A DNA stretch of 64,000 bases, taken from assembly GCA_046292465.1 (NCBI GenBank), contig JBKBRB010000012.1, positions 7,282 to 71,281 of the forward strand, written 5' to 3'. A model generated the notes under the pieces. It was not told where the DNA came from, searched no databases, and saw nothing but the letters and a program-made list of their open reading frames with translations. Position numbers and translations under genes: made by a program. Below are positions 47,601 through 56,642 of this stretch, piece after piece (position 1 is the stretch's first letter; the number at the start of each line of letters is the position of its first letter). Source of the DNA: Chloroherpetonaceae bacterium. Its GTDB lineage: Bacteria > Bacteroidota > Chlorobiia > Chlorobiales > Thermochlorobacteraceae.

Positions 47601-50323
47601 GTGCTATCGACTTGCTCCGACTGCCATTCGTATCTGCCGCCTACGCCCGCACGTTTCACACTTACCCATTGACGATGCACCACTTCCACCGCGACTTTCT
47701 GCGACGCCTGTTTGCCATCAACACTCACAGCGACCACTTCTACGGGCAGTTCTGAATTTTCTTTCGTGAAAGTTGTTTTCGGTTTTAAGCCGATGTAAAA
47801 CGACGCAGGGTGAAACTTGAAACTCTGACGCTCCGCAATCGCCTGACGCGAAGGCGAGATGACTTCGGCTTCAAGCGTGAGCAACGAGGGCGAGGCAATG
47901 TTGAACTCTAACTTTTGAGAGAGCGAAAATTGACCGAGTTTATCGAGCGTGCCTGAACCTGACGCCAAAAGCGAACTCGATTGGTCTTCACTTCGATTGT
48001 GCCATGAAAGCGGTTGCCAGAAGTAGCCCTCGTAGTCGGGAAAGGAGAAATTCTCGAGCGTGCTTCGCGTGAGCGTCCAAGTCGTGTTGTCGCCAATCAT
48101 CGGTGCGCCGAAGAGGTATCGTCCTTCAATCGTGGCGACGAACAAATCGCCTCGAACAAATGAACTTTGTGATGAAGAAATTTTCGTTTCAAACGTCGCG
48201 GGGCGATAGGCTTCAACGCGGAAGTCGTCTGTTGCAAAGATGTTGTAATCGCTTTCACTGTTTGAGCCTTTCACTTGAATGATGTAGTAGCCGAGCGGCG
48301 CGTTGGGCTTTGTGGTGAGCGAATCGCTAAACGAACCGAATTCACTGGAAAGGTTGAGAAATTTGCTGTAAATCGTTTCGCTTTTGCTATTGCGCACTTC
48401 CACATAAACCTGCTTGCGTGTGGGCAATTTCCATTTGCCTTGTTTCAACTCGCGAAGAATGCCTTTGAAAAATATCGTTTCGCCTGCACGATAAATGCCT
48501 CGCTCTGTGAACACACGCCCGACCGTCGTTTTCGGGCTGTAATCCATTTCGCCGCCGATGTCGTAAAATCCGAATCGATACGGCTCAATGCCATAATCCC
48601 AACCTGATGTGGTGTAGGCAAGTTGATTTTCGAAGAAGGCAAAGGCGTAAATCGGTGCGCCATTCAAGTCCATGCTCTTTGCAATTTCAGCCACGCCGTT
48701 TTGCGCAGTATTGCCTGACCAGATGAGTTTTCCGCCTTGATAAACGCGCACCGTTGCATTTGCCACAGGCGCGCCGTCTTTGAGACGCGTAACCATCACC
48801 AACGAATTTTCCTTCGACCACTTTGCCGATACGCCAAGCGATGACACTTGAACCAGCGTCGAGAGTTTCTCAAACTTGCCTTTTTCGTAGAGCGAGGGCG
48901 ACTGCACTTCCAAATACGCAATGCCTGAATTTTCTCCGCCGAAGACTTGACGCAAATCGAACTTGCGCACAGAACTTTCGTTTTTCTTGTTCTCAAACTC
49001 AATCGTCGTGAATTTGAGTTTTGAGGCAGGCACATTGAAGTTGCTACCGTAGTAATCGGTCTTTAAGTTCATTACGTCTTCGGGTGAGAGCGCGGCATAT
49101 TTGAGTTCGGTCGAAGGCACATTCATACCACGAACCGCAAGGCTCGGATAAAAACTCGTATCGCTAAACTCGTTTTCCACAAGTCCAACGCCAGTCGGAA
49201 TAACGACGCGCGGCGCGTAATCGCCGACTTTGATTTTCAGTTCAACATCTCTGCCAAGTTTGTTGCCGAAGCGGTCGGTAAGATTTTTTGAAATCGTTGC
49301 CGTGTAGGTCGTGGCGGCTTTGAACGGCGGATAAAGCGCAGGCGATTGCGTGTAGTATGACGACTCTGCATCGTCAGTGCCGAAGTCTATTTTCGGAGAG
49401 AAGCTAATGTTCGCCTTCAAATCTTTCATTGAAACTGGGTTTGAAAATGCGAGGCTAATTCCTTCGGTTGGTTTAAGGTCAAACGCCGTTGCGCTTTCGA
49501 TGTTAAACGGCTTGAAGGGTGCAAAGTCAAACGATGCTTTTCCCTCGTCAAATGTGAGTTTGTAAGTTTCGCCTGCGGTCATTGGAAGCGTGAGAAAGAG
49601 AATCTTATCGGCGTTTTTGCTTTGCTCGAACCAATAAGCAGGCGTGTAGCGGTCGGTCTTTCGGTAAAAGTCAATGAGCTTTCTGAGGTCGTCAGCACTT
49701 TTTTGCGAGAGTGAAAATTTGATGTTGTTGCCTTTTGAATCCGTGATTTTGATTCGGCTTGCGATGTTGAGGTCGACTTTTTGATTGAATTTCAAGACGA
49801 GCGTGTCGTTCAAGCCGAGTTGTTGATAGGTGCCGTAAGGATAATGCTCAACGAGTTTGACGCTTGGCGTTGAAAAGGTAAAGGTGTAATCGTGGCTCAG
49901 CGATTTTCCCGAACGCGATTGAATGGTTTTCGGAACGGTAACGGTGAAAGTGGTTGCAAATGGAAGCGAATCGCTTGGCGTGAAGATGAGCGCGCGTGAG
50001 CCAATCCATCTTGCTGAGCCTTTCACTTCGGGTTTGATTTGAAGCAGAGATTTCTGAACAGCCGTTTGCGATTCATCGGTGAGGGCAATCATCGGTTGAT
50101 TGAACATAATCGCGATGCTTTGTGCTTGGTCGGGCGAATCGATTTCGCCTTGTGGCGTTGCCGAGATGATTTCAAGCGGTGTTGAAGTCTCTTGTAAATC
50201 CGATACTTTTGTCGTCAGCGAGGCAAGTCGCCCTTCTTCAAAGTCCGCAAAGTCTTGTGTGGATTTGGTTGGATTGCACGTGGCAAGAGTTATCGAGCAG
50301 AAGAGAAGCAAGAGTGCGCGCAT
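44609..50323 (-). CDS. Alpha-2-macroglobulin family lipoprotein with an intact thioester
   Basis: 1904 aa. Lipobox ITLATC, repeated MG domains, thioester motif GCLEQ (YPFGCLEQKASR). Start set to ATG 50323. Confidence 0.9.
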   Translation of the reverse strand: MRALLLLFCSITLATCNPTKSTQDFADFEEGRLASLTTKVSDLQETSTPLEIISATPQGEIDSPDQAQSIAIMFNQPMIALTDESQTAVQKSLLQIKPEVKGSARWIGSRALIFTPSDSLPFATTFTVTVPKTIQSRSGKSLSHDYTFTFSTPSVKLVEHYPYGTYQQLGLNDTLVLKFNQKVDLNIASRIKITDSKGNNIKFSLSQKSADDLRKLIDFYRKTDRYTPAYWFEQSKNADKILFLTLPMTAGETYKLTFDEGKASFDFAPFKPFNIESATAFDLKPTEGISLAFSNPVSMKDLKANISFSPKIDFGTDDAESSYYTQSPALYPPFKAATTYTATISKNLTDRFGNKLGRDVELKIKVGDYAPRVVIPTGVGLVENEFSDTSFYPSLAVRGMNVPSTELKYAALSPEDVMNLKTDYYGSNFNVPASKLKFTTIEFENKKNESSVRKFDLRQVFGGENSGIAYLEVQSPSLYEKGKFEKLSTLVQVSSLGVSAKWSKENSLVMVTRLKDGAPVANATVRVYQGGKLIWSGNTAQNGVAEIAKSMDLNGAPIYAFAFFENQLAYTTSGWDYGIEPYRFGFYDIGGEMDYSPKTTVGRVFTERGIYRAGETIFFKGILRELKQGKWKLPTRKQVYVEVRNSKSETIYSKFLNLSSEFGSFSDSLTTKPNAPLGYYIIQVKGSNSESDYNIFATDDFRVEAYRPATFETKISSSQSSFVRGDLFVATIEGRYLFGAPMIGDNTTWTLTRSTLENFSFPDYEGYFWQPLSWHNRSEDQSSSLLASGSGTLDKLGQFSLSQKLEFNIASPSLLTLEAEVISPSRQAIAERQSFKFHPASFYIGLKPKTTFTKENSELPVEVVAVSVDGKQASQKVAVEVVHRQWVSVKRAGVGGRYEWQSEQVDSTIFKTEVSTKESGTVSFNAPIKGAGLYFIKATAKDSKGNTARSEAYTYAYGSGYSAWERSDDDRLILTPNKKTYKPNETATILVQSPYETATALLTIEREGILEHKVFELKGTAPAIEIPIKEEYLPNIYVSVMLTKGRTSLPKTGESDLGKPSFKIGYAKLSIEATGRRLQVRITPNKKEFRAGETLEAELEVTDAKGKGVRSEVALAAVDAGVLNLIGYTLPDAFETFYRERGLGVKTSQSLLHLVEQRNYGEKGEARGGDKGGEGTGGYAFRQNMITTPYWNPSMITDANGKAKITFKLPDNLTTFRLMASASTVEAFGKAQADVLVNQPLTMIAALPRFARIGDKFEAGVTVSNYTNQKTSVKVSVSASGIKSVGDLTKSVSLNANESKEVRFKFEAEAEGKAEFAFAAESDAGNRDALKTTIQIQTPYVKEVLALVGSTELSVSETVRIPKNSYPNLGDVTAQASATALVGLREAARYVFEYPFGCLEQKASRVLPYIVANDLISSFNLKTQADTAKGDIKAVVETTLAEFEKYQTYSGGFAYWQGGYQPNDYVSVYATYAMLKANEAGYDVDETVLRNGLNYLRTVLNKANESTYGFRAMSVTKAYALYVLAIAGEFNASAAEGLYRERSRLSAEAKAYLLRVYARQGTPLLASKSKGKIKFGSNASERAETLARELMNMAKVQEATVHFEDGTEQDYTWTFGSNVKTTAAALSALMEANQDKTFAEKAVNWLLASQKNGRWSNTQENIFALEALNLYFKKYESQEPNFSAKIMLASQPLLVQSFKGRTLDVKVQETGLEKFAKGENLALNIEKSGTGKLYYGIRLAYFPTYALEPRDNGIALSKKIEPLSGTSKDGSVKAGEIVKITLQIAVAEEMNFVAINDALAAGLEAINPTLKTSGSLGGMPMQAEGEGYDEESGTPSYTFDHIELRDERVTLFAERLGRGVHTFTYFARATTYGTFTMPPSTAEKMYQPEVFGRTGTARLVVGEK

Positions 50324-50458
50324 CGTTCGGAGCAGGTTGGTTTTAATTGAAATGAAGATTGGCACTGCAAAGTGTCAAATGCAATATACAGCCCGAATGC
50401 TATTTGACGGAATTGGCAACGCAAATTTATTATCTTGATTTGAACTTCAACAACAGCG

Positions 50459-52240
50459 ATGCGACACGTTTTCACTTTACTTCTCGCCTTTTTTTCGGGC
50501 GTTGCGTTTAGTTCTTTGCTCTTAGCGCAACCGATTGCCGATGCGTTTTCAAAGCCGCCACTAACGCCTGAAATTTTCGCACAACGTTGGCAGTGGGCAG
50601 ATTCGGTTCTCTCGGCGATGACGCTTGAAGAAAAAGTCGGGCAAGTGTTTTGCGTGCAAAGTTACACGCGCTACAAGAGCGATGATGAAGATGTGTTCGT
50701 CAAAAATTCTGAACTCATTCGGCAAGGCAAAGTAGGTGGTGTGATGTTTTCGCGCGGCGATGTCTATGAAGCCGCCATGCTTGCCAATCGCTACCAACGG
50801 TTGGCGAAATTCCCCTTACTCATTTCTGCGGATATGGAGTGGGGCGTTTCAATGCGCATCGACCGCACAACCGAGTTTCCGTGTGCAATGGCAATCGCCG
50901 CGACGCGCAATCCCGACTATGCTTTTAAGGTCGGCGAAATTACTGCCAAAGAAGCCCGTGCGCTCGGCATCCATCAAAACTATGCGCCAACGGTCGACCT
51001 CAACAACAATCCTTACAATCCTATCATCAACACGCGCGCGTTCAGCGAAGATGTTTCTTTGACGGCGACAATGGCGTCTGCCTTCATCAACGGCACGCAA
51101 AAAGCCGGCATGATTGCTACCGCCAAACATTTCCCCGGACACGGAGACACCGATATTGACAGCCATAAAGATTTACCCGTTCTGAACTTCGAGAAAACGC
51201 GCCTTCAAAACCTTGAACTCAAACCGTTCAAATATGCCGTCGACGGCGGCGTGATGAGCGTGATGGTCGGACATTTGGCATTGCCGAAACTCAACAACAA
51301 TTCATACATTTTGCCGGCTTCGCTTTCGCCTGCTATTACGACCGACATCTTGAAGTCGGAACTGGGTTTCAAAGGCTTAACCGTAACCGACGGCATGGGT
51401 ATGCGTGGCGTGAAGAAAAATTTTCCCGCAGGCGAAGCCGCCGTCAAAGCCTTTCTCGCAGGCAACGACGTGATTCTTCTTTCACCTGATTCCGACATTG
51501 CTTACAGTGCGTTGCTCGATGCAGTACGCAACGGCACAATCCCCGAAGCACGTCTGAACGAATCCGTCCGAAAATTGCTCGTGCTTAAAGAGTGGTTCGG
51601 ACTTCATCGGAACCGATTCACGTCTTTGGATTCTATTTCTGCTATCGTTGGTATTAAAGCACATAAAGCCGTTGCACAGGAAATTGCCGATAAATCTATC
51701 ACGCTTCTTTCCAACAAGAACGGGCTTTTGCCGCTCGGTGAGTATCAAGGCAAAATCGTCAATATCTCGCTTCAAAATTCGGCGTCGTGCGAAGTTGGAA
51801 AAATTTTTCACGAAGAATTGCAAAAGCGATTCAGCAACACGCTTCGCTACCAACTTGGCGCACAAAGCAACAAAATGAATTACGACATGGCACTCTTTTC
51901 AGCCGAGCGCGCCGATGTGGTGGTGGTTTCCAGCTACGCCGATACGCGCGCGTGGCAAGGTAAATTCGGCTTAGATAAAGAGCAGGATAAATTCCTCAAA
52001 AAACTCATCGACCGATTGAACAAGAAAGGCATTCTGCTTGTGCTTGTTTCGTTCGGCACGCCGTATCTGATTATGGGATACAGCGAACCAGATGCGTATA
52101 TCTGCGCGTATTCAGCAGGCACAGCCAGTGAAACCGCCGTTGCTAAACTGCTTAAAGGCGAAATAGAGCCGTCAGGAAAATTGCCTGTTACGATTCCGAA
52201 TCGGTATAAGTTTGGTGACGGAAAAATCGGCTGGAAGTAA
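50459..52240 (+). CDS. Secreted glycoside hydrolase family 3 (NagZ-like beta-N-acetylhexosaminidase with extra C-terminal domain)
   Basis: Signal peptide, KHFPGHGDTDIDSH, and a GFKGLTVTD motif carrying the catalytic Asp. Confidence 0.85.
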   Translation: MRHVFTLLLAFFSGVAFSSLLLAQPIADAFSKPPLTPEIFAQRWQWADSVLSAMTLEEKVGQVFCVQSYTRYKSDDEDVFVKNSELIRQGKVGGVMFSRGDVYEAAMLANRYQRLAKFPLLISADMEWGVSMRIDRTTEFPCAMAIAATRNPDYAFKVGEITAKEARALGIHQNYAPTVDLNNNPYNPIINTRAFSEDVSLTATMASAFINGTQKAGMIATAKHFPGHGDTDIDSHKDLPVLNFEKTRLQNLELKPFKYAVDGGVMSVMVGHLALPKLNNNSYILPASLSPAITTDILKSELGFKGLTVTDGMGMRGVKKNFPAGEAAVKAFLAGNDVILLSPDSDIAYSALLDAVRNGTIPEARLNESVRKLLVLKEWFGLHRNRFTSLDSISAIVGIKAHKAVAQEIADKSITLLSNKNGLLPLGEYQGKIVNISLQNSASCEVGKIFHEELQKRFSNTLRYQLGAQSNKMNYDMALFSAERADVVVVSSYADTRAWQGKFGLDKEQDKFLKKLIDRLNKKGILLVLVSFGTPYLIMGYSEPDAYICAYSAGTASETAVAKLLKGEIEPSGKLPVTIPNRYKFGDGKIGWK

Positions 52241-52242
52241 CA

Positions 52243-52806
52243 ATGCTCCTCGCATTTCACAAGCCTTACGGTGTGCTTTCGCAATTCACCCCCGACGGCT
52301 CGCCGAATCGCACGCTTGCCGAATTTGGATTTCCGAAATCAGTTTATCCGCTTGGTCGGCTCGATGCCGATAGCGAAGGGTTGTTGCTTCTTTCGGACGA
52401 AAAATCTTTGAATGTTCGACTTTTGCTTCCTGAACATGAACATCGACGTGTATATTGGGCGCAAGTTGAGCGTGTGCCATCTGGGCTTGATTTAGCAAGG
52501 CTTGAGCAAGGCGTGATGATTCAAGGCTACAAAACAAAGCCGTGCAAAGCGCGTTTGATTGAGCCGCATAATTTGCCTGAACGCACCCCGCCAATTCGCT
52601 TTCGCAAAAGCGTTCCGACAAGTTGGATTGAATTGGTTTTAACCGAAGGCAAAAATCGACAAGTGCGACGCATGACGGCGGCAATTGGATTTCCGACGCT
52701 TCGCTTGGTGCGCGTGCAAATCGGAGATTTTCATTTGGGCGATTTAGCGCAAGGCACTTGGAAAGTGCTCACCGATGCCGAGCGTCAGGCAGTTTTTGCT
52801 AAGTAA
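52243..52806 (+). CDS. rluE: 23S rRNA pseudouridine synthase RluE-type (RsuA family, no S4 domain)
   Basis: FHKPYGVLSQFT and GRLDADSEGLLLLSDE catalytic Asp motif. 187 aa. Confidence 0.85.
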   Translation: MLLAFHKPYGVLSQFTPDGSPNRTLAEFGFPKSVYPLGRLDADSEGLLLLSDEKSLNVRLLLPEHEHRRVYWAQVERVPSGLDLARLEQGVMIQGYKTKPCKARLIEPHNLPERTPPIRFRKSVPTSWIELVLTEGKNRQVRRMTAAIGFPTLRLVRVQIGDFHLGDLAQGTWKVLTDAERQAVFAK

Positions 52807-52846
52807 AACAACACGTCGGCGAGCATCGGAAGTTGTGTCTTGCTCT

Positions 52847-54064
52847 TCATTCGTAGCGCAAGGCTTCGATGGTGTTTGATGAGGCGGCTTTTTGTGCGGG
52901 ATAGAGTCCGAAGAAAATTCCAACAAGTCCACTAAAAAGAAAACTCACGAAAATGGGTTTGAGTGAGATGACGGTTCGGAATGAAGAAACACGTCCCAAA
53001 AATTCAGAGACGCCGATGCCGAGCAAAATGCCAATCACGCCACCAAGCAACGCCAGCACGGTCGATTCAATCAAGAATTGCAGGAGAATATCGCGCTTCT
53101 TTGCGCCGATGGCTTTGCGAATGCCAATTTCGCGCGTGCGTTCGGTTACAGTTACCAGCATAATGTTCATAATGCCGATGCCGCCGACAATCAGCGAGAC
53201 AATCGCCACTGAGGTAAGCAAGAAGGCAAGAATTTTTGAAGTTTCGGAAAAGGCAGAGACAAGGTCGCTTTGGTTGCGAATGGTGAAGTCGTTGTCTTGT
53301 TCGTTTCGGAGGCGATGCTGTTTGCGCAAAATCTGTTCGACTTCGACGAGTGCGTCGTTCATCTTGTCTTCGGAAGCGACTTTAATCGTCATGCCTGAAA
53401 TCCACGATGCGCCCGTGAGCCGTTTCTGCACCGTGTTAAGCGGCGCGAGAATCTGGTCGTCTGGATTTTGCCAGCCCGAAGAGCCTTTTTCTTCCAACAC
53501 GCCCACAACTTGAAAGCCGATATTATTGATGCGAATGGTTTGCCCGATTGGGTTTGTGCCACGCTCGAAGAGATTTTGCGCGACGGTCGGACCAATAACA
53601 CAGACGGCGTTCATGGCTTTGTTATCGGCGTCAGTGAAATAGCGTCCCGCGCTCAATGTGGCATTGCGGACGAATTCATATTCAGGATAAACGCCAACGA
53701 CGGTGGTATTCCAATTCTTATTGCCAAACTTGGCTTGCACGCCACGTCGCGATTCAGGCGAGAGGCTTTCGATGAACTTTGCTTTTTGTTTAATCGCGAT
53801 TGCATCTTCTTCGGTAAGCGTAATGCTACTGCCTGTGCTAATGACAATGCCGCCCGACATCTGACTGCCCGGTCGCACGAAGAGCAAATTTGAGCCGAGT
53901 TTCTGCAAGTTCTCTTTCACGCTGACTTGCGCGCCTTCGCCAAGCGCAACGGTTGTAATCACCGCGCCAACGCCGATGATAATGCCCAGCATGGTGAGCA
54001 ACGAGCGCATCAGGTTTGCGCGTAGCGAAAGAATCGCACTCAAAAAACTTTCTGAAAGGTGCAT
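52847..54064 (-). CDS. ABC transporter permease, MacB/FtsX family (no adjacent ATPase)
   Basis: N-terminal TM, MacB periplasmic domain, and a C-terminal FtsX module (ERTREIGIRKAIGA). Start set to ATG 54064. Confidence 0.85.
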   Translation of the reverse strand: MHLSESFLSAILSLRANLMRSLLTMLGIIIGVGAVITTVALGEGAQVSVKENLQKLGSNLLFVRPGSQMSGGIVISTGSSITLTEEDAIAIKQKAKFIESLSPESRRGVQAKFGNKNWNTTVVGVYPEYEFVRNATLSAGRYFTDADNKAMNAVCVIGPTVAQNLFERGTNPIGQTIRINNIGFQVVGVLEEKGSSGWQNPDDQILAPLNTVQKRLTGASWISGMTIKVASEDKMNDALVEVEQILRKQHRLRNEQDNDFTIRNQSDLVSAFSETSKILAFLLTSVAIVSLIVGGIGIMNIMLVTVTERTREIGIRKAIGAKKRDILLQFLIESTVLALLGGVIGILLGIGVSEFLGRVSSFRTVISLKPIFVSFLFSGLVGIFFGLYPAQKAASSNTIEALRYE

Positions 54065-54113
54065 AGTGTCTTGTGTTTGAATCGAGTTGTGGTTAGAACG
54101 CACTTGCAATCCT

Positions 54114-54926
54114 TCACTGTTTCGGCACACTTTGAACTTGGGCAAGTGTTAGTTGAAGTTTCTCGGCAATCTGCTCATCGCTTAACCCTAACTCTCTCAA
54201 AAGCGGAACAGTAGACAGTTTCCCAATACGCTCGCCTTCTTGCTTGCCCTTCAGCATGCCTTGCGCTTCACCTTTCAACATGCCTTGTGCTTCGCCTTCC
54301 TGCTTTCCTTCTTCAAAGGCTTCTTTGTAAAAGGCGGTATCTTTGAGTAGTTCTTCTTGAATCTGCAACATCTTCTTTATGTCCTCTCGTGTTAAAGTTC
54401 TGAATTTGTATGTAAGAATCTGCTCAATCAAATCTAACTCAATCACACTTGCTTTTTGTGCCATCTTGCGTGCCTGTTCACCTGCAGTTTTCTCTGACGC
54501 AATCAGTAGCTTGAACAGTTGAACCTCTGTCGCTTCTGCTTCGGGCAACTCGTCCAAATATACGCGCTTGAACCGATTGAGTTCAAGCAAGTCGGCGTAA
54601 GGCGCAATCTGCTTTTGCTCGACACTTCGCGAAGGATAAATCACGACGGCTTGCCACTTGTTGGTCGGATATTGTTTGAGGTAAAGAAAAATTTCGGCAA
54701 AGAGTCGGGCGTAGAACTGTTCGTCGGTTTGGAATTGCGCCTCGACGAAATATGTAATATCGTCCGTCTTCGGAATAAAGATGCCATCAATGCGGAAGGC
54801 AACTTCTTTAAGCTCAATAGAGTTGAACTCGTAGCGTAAGGCATCGTCGGGATTTCTGCCTATGAGCGAAAAGAAGCCTTGCGGGGCAAGCTGAAGCAAG
54901 AGATAAACGAGTTTATCCGTGCGCAT
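54114..54926 (-). CDS. Rpn-family recombination-promoting nuclease / putative transposase, paralog 2
   Basis: Roughly 60% identical by eye to 43759..44574 (MRTDKLVYLLLQLAP..., YFVEAQFQ, IYPSRSVEQ). Contains an internal GEAQGMLK tandem duplication. ATG 54926 is preferred over TTG 54935. Confidence 0.7.
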   Translation of the reverse strand: MRTDKLVYLLLQLAPQGFFSLIGRNPDDALRYEFNSIELKEVAFRIDGIFIPKTDDITYFVEAQFQTDEQFYARLFAEIFLYLKQYPTNKWQAVVIYPSRSVEQKQIAPYADLLELNRFKRVYLDELPEAEATEVQLFKLLIASEKTAGEQARKMAQKASVIELDLIEQILTYKFRTLTREDIKKMLQIQEELLKDTAFYKEAFEEGKQEGEAQGMLKGEAQGMLKGKQEGERIGKLSTVPLLRELGLSDEQIAEKLQLTLAQVQSVPKQ

Positions 54927-54951
54927 TGCAGTCAAATCTGAATGATGAAGA

Positions 54952-55473
54952 TTATCGCTCCATCTGGGCGAGTTCTTCTTTAATGCGCTCGATATGTTTG
55001 AGATGCGTTTCGGCGTGGTCGGCGTAGTAACTTACCATTTCTGCAAGCGTGAGTTTGCCGCGCTCTTCGTGCATGCCGAATTTCTCAAACATTTCATTTG
55101 GCAAACTTTTGAGAATGGCCGTTTGATGTTTGCGTAAGGCTTTGAAGAGCGAGAGTGCTAAGAGTTCATCTTGCGAGTTGTATTGTGCGCGTTCTGCAAG
55201 CAAATCTTGGTCATAGGCAACGAGCGTTGGCGGCGTTGCGCCCGAGGCAATGATGAGGTTCATTCGTGCGACTGCAATCACTTCCGAATCGGCTAAGTGC
55301 AACAGGGTTTCGCGAATCGACCATTTTTTTGGATTCGGCTTCCAGCGTAGTTTCGCGCCGGAAAGTTTCTCGAGTGCGAAGTCTAATTTTTGTGGCGCGG
55401 CGGCGTAGCGCGCAATTTCATTTTTGAACGAGTGTTCTTCTGTTTCGCCGAAAGGATTTTTTACTTTTGCCAT
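54952..55473 (-). CDS. DinB-family (DinB_2) four-helix-bundle metalloprotein
   Basis: HLADSE..., YYADHAETHLKHI His triad spacing. Confidence 0.75.
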   Translation of the reverse strand: MAKVKNPFGETEEHSFKNEIARYAAAPQKLDFALEKLSGAKLRWKPNPKKWSIRETLLHLADSEVIAVARMNLIIASGATPPTLVAYDQDLLAERAQYNSQDELLALSLFKALRKHQTAILKSLPNEMFEKFGMHEERGKLTLAEMVSYYADHAETHLKHIERIKEELAQMER

Positions 55474-55526
55474 TTTTCAAGTGCATTAAATTTTCAAAAA
55501 ATAACTTAAATCGCGCTTTACAACCT

Positions 55527-55877
55527 ATGTTTCAACTGCCAATTTGGCTCAAAACGGTTCTACTGCTCACTGCGTCGAATGTGTTCATGACCTTTGCATG
55601 GTATGGGCATTTGAAAAACCTACAATCACGTGCGTGGTATGTCGCGGCGGTGGTCAGTTGGAGCATCGCCTTGTTTGAATACCTTTTGCAAGTGCCTGCC
55701 AATCGCATTGGTTATCAAGCCATGTCGCTCTCGCAACTGAAAATTTTGCAAGAAGTCATTACGCTTTCGGTGTTTGTGCTATTTGCGATGGTGTATATGA
55801 AAGAGCCATTCAAGTGGGACTATGTCTGGGCAGGGCTTTGTTTGCTTGGCGCGGTTTATTTCATGTTTCGTTCATAA
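55527..55877 (+). CDS. DMT-superfamily small membrane protein (DUF486)
   Basis: FMTFAWYGHLK and QVPANRIGY motifs, 4 TM segments. Start set to ATG 55527. Confidence 0.75.
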   Translation: MFQLPIWLKTVLLLTASNVFMTFAWYGHLKNLQSRAWYVAAVVSWSIALFEYLLQVPANRIGYQAMSLSQLKILQEVITLSVFVLFAMVYMKEPFKWDYVWAGLCLLGAVYFMFRS

Positions 55878-55889
55878 ATCCAACAAGAA

Positions 55890-56636
55890 ATGTTACGATG
55901 TATTTTGGTCGATGATGAACAATTGGCGCGTGAGCGGTTTCGCGCGCTTTTAGCAAAAGCAGAAGCCGATGTCGAAATCGTTGGCGAAGCCGAAAGCGGC
56001 AAACAAGCCGTGCCGATGATTTATGAACTCAAGCCCGACCTCGTGTTTTTGGATATTCAAATGCCGGGACTAACGGGCTTTGAAGTTTTAGACCTGCTCG
56101 CCGCGCCGCGCCCCTACATCGTTTTCGTTACTGCCTACGACGACTATGCCCTCAAAGCCTTTGAAGTTCACGCGCTCGACTATCTCACCAAGCCGGTCAA
56201 ACTTGAACGCCTCACGCGCACGCTCGATTACTTGAACGACCTTCACGCACGCGAACAACATCACGAAAAAATTGAATCGCTTCGAGAATCGCGCATGGCT
56301 GAACCGCTCTCTCGGCTCACGGTGCATATCGGGCAACGCCTGCGCGTCGTCGGTTTGAACGAAATCAAACGCATTGAAGCCGAAGATAAACTCGTTTATG
56401 TCTATCTCGCCGACGGCAAATTCCGAACCGACTTCACGCTCAATGAACTTGAGGTGCGATTAAGTCCGAAAGAATTTGTTCGAATTCATCGCGCTCATCT
56501 TGTTCGACTCGATGCCGTTCGCGAACTTGTGCCTTGGTTCAATGGCACCTATTGCATTCGTTTGGACGATGGCGTTCAACTGCCTGTGGCGCGTCGCCGC
56601 TCGGCAACTGTCAAAGGTTTATTCGGGAAAGGATAA
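55890..56636 (+). CDS. LytR/AlgR-family response regulator (REC + LytTR)
   Basis: ILVDDE, DLVFLDIQMPGLTG, the C-terminal LytTR segment FVRIHRAHLV. Confidence 0.9.
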   Translation: MLRCILVDDEQLARERFRALLAKAEADVEIVGEAESGKQAVPMIYELKPDLVFLDIQMPGLTGFEVLDLLAAPRPYIVFVTAYDDYALKAFEVHALDYLTKPVKLERLTRTLDYLNDLHAREQHHEKIESLRESRMAEPLSRLTVHIGQRLRVVGLNEIKRIEAEDKLVYVYLADGKFRTDFTLNELEVRLSPKEFVRIHRAHLVRLDAVRELVPWFNGTYCIRLDDGVQLPVARRRSATVKGLFGKG

Positions 56637-56642
56637 TGCGAT

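Noticed and set aside
43759-54926. Calling the Rpn-flanked segment a composite transposon or genomic island
   Set aside because: I saw no terminal inverted repeats, target duplications, integrase, tRNA anchor or obvious compositional shift. The cargo is housekeeping-like. Only the inverted-paralog arrangement is reported.
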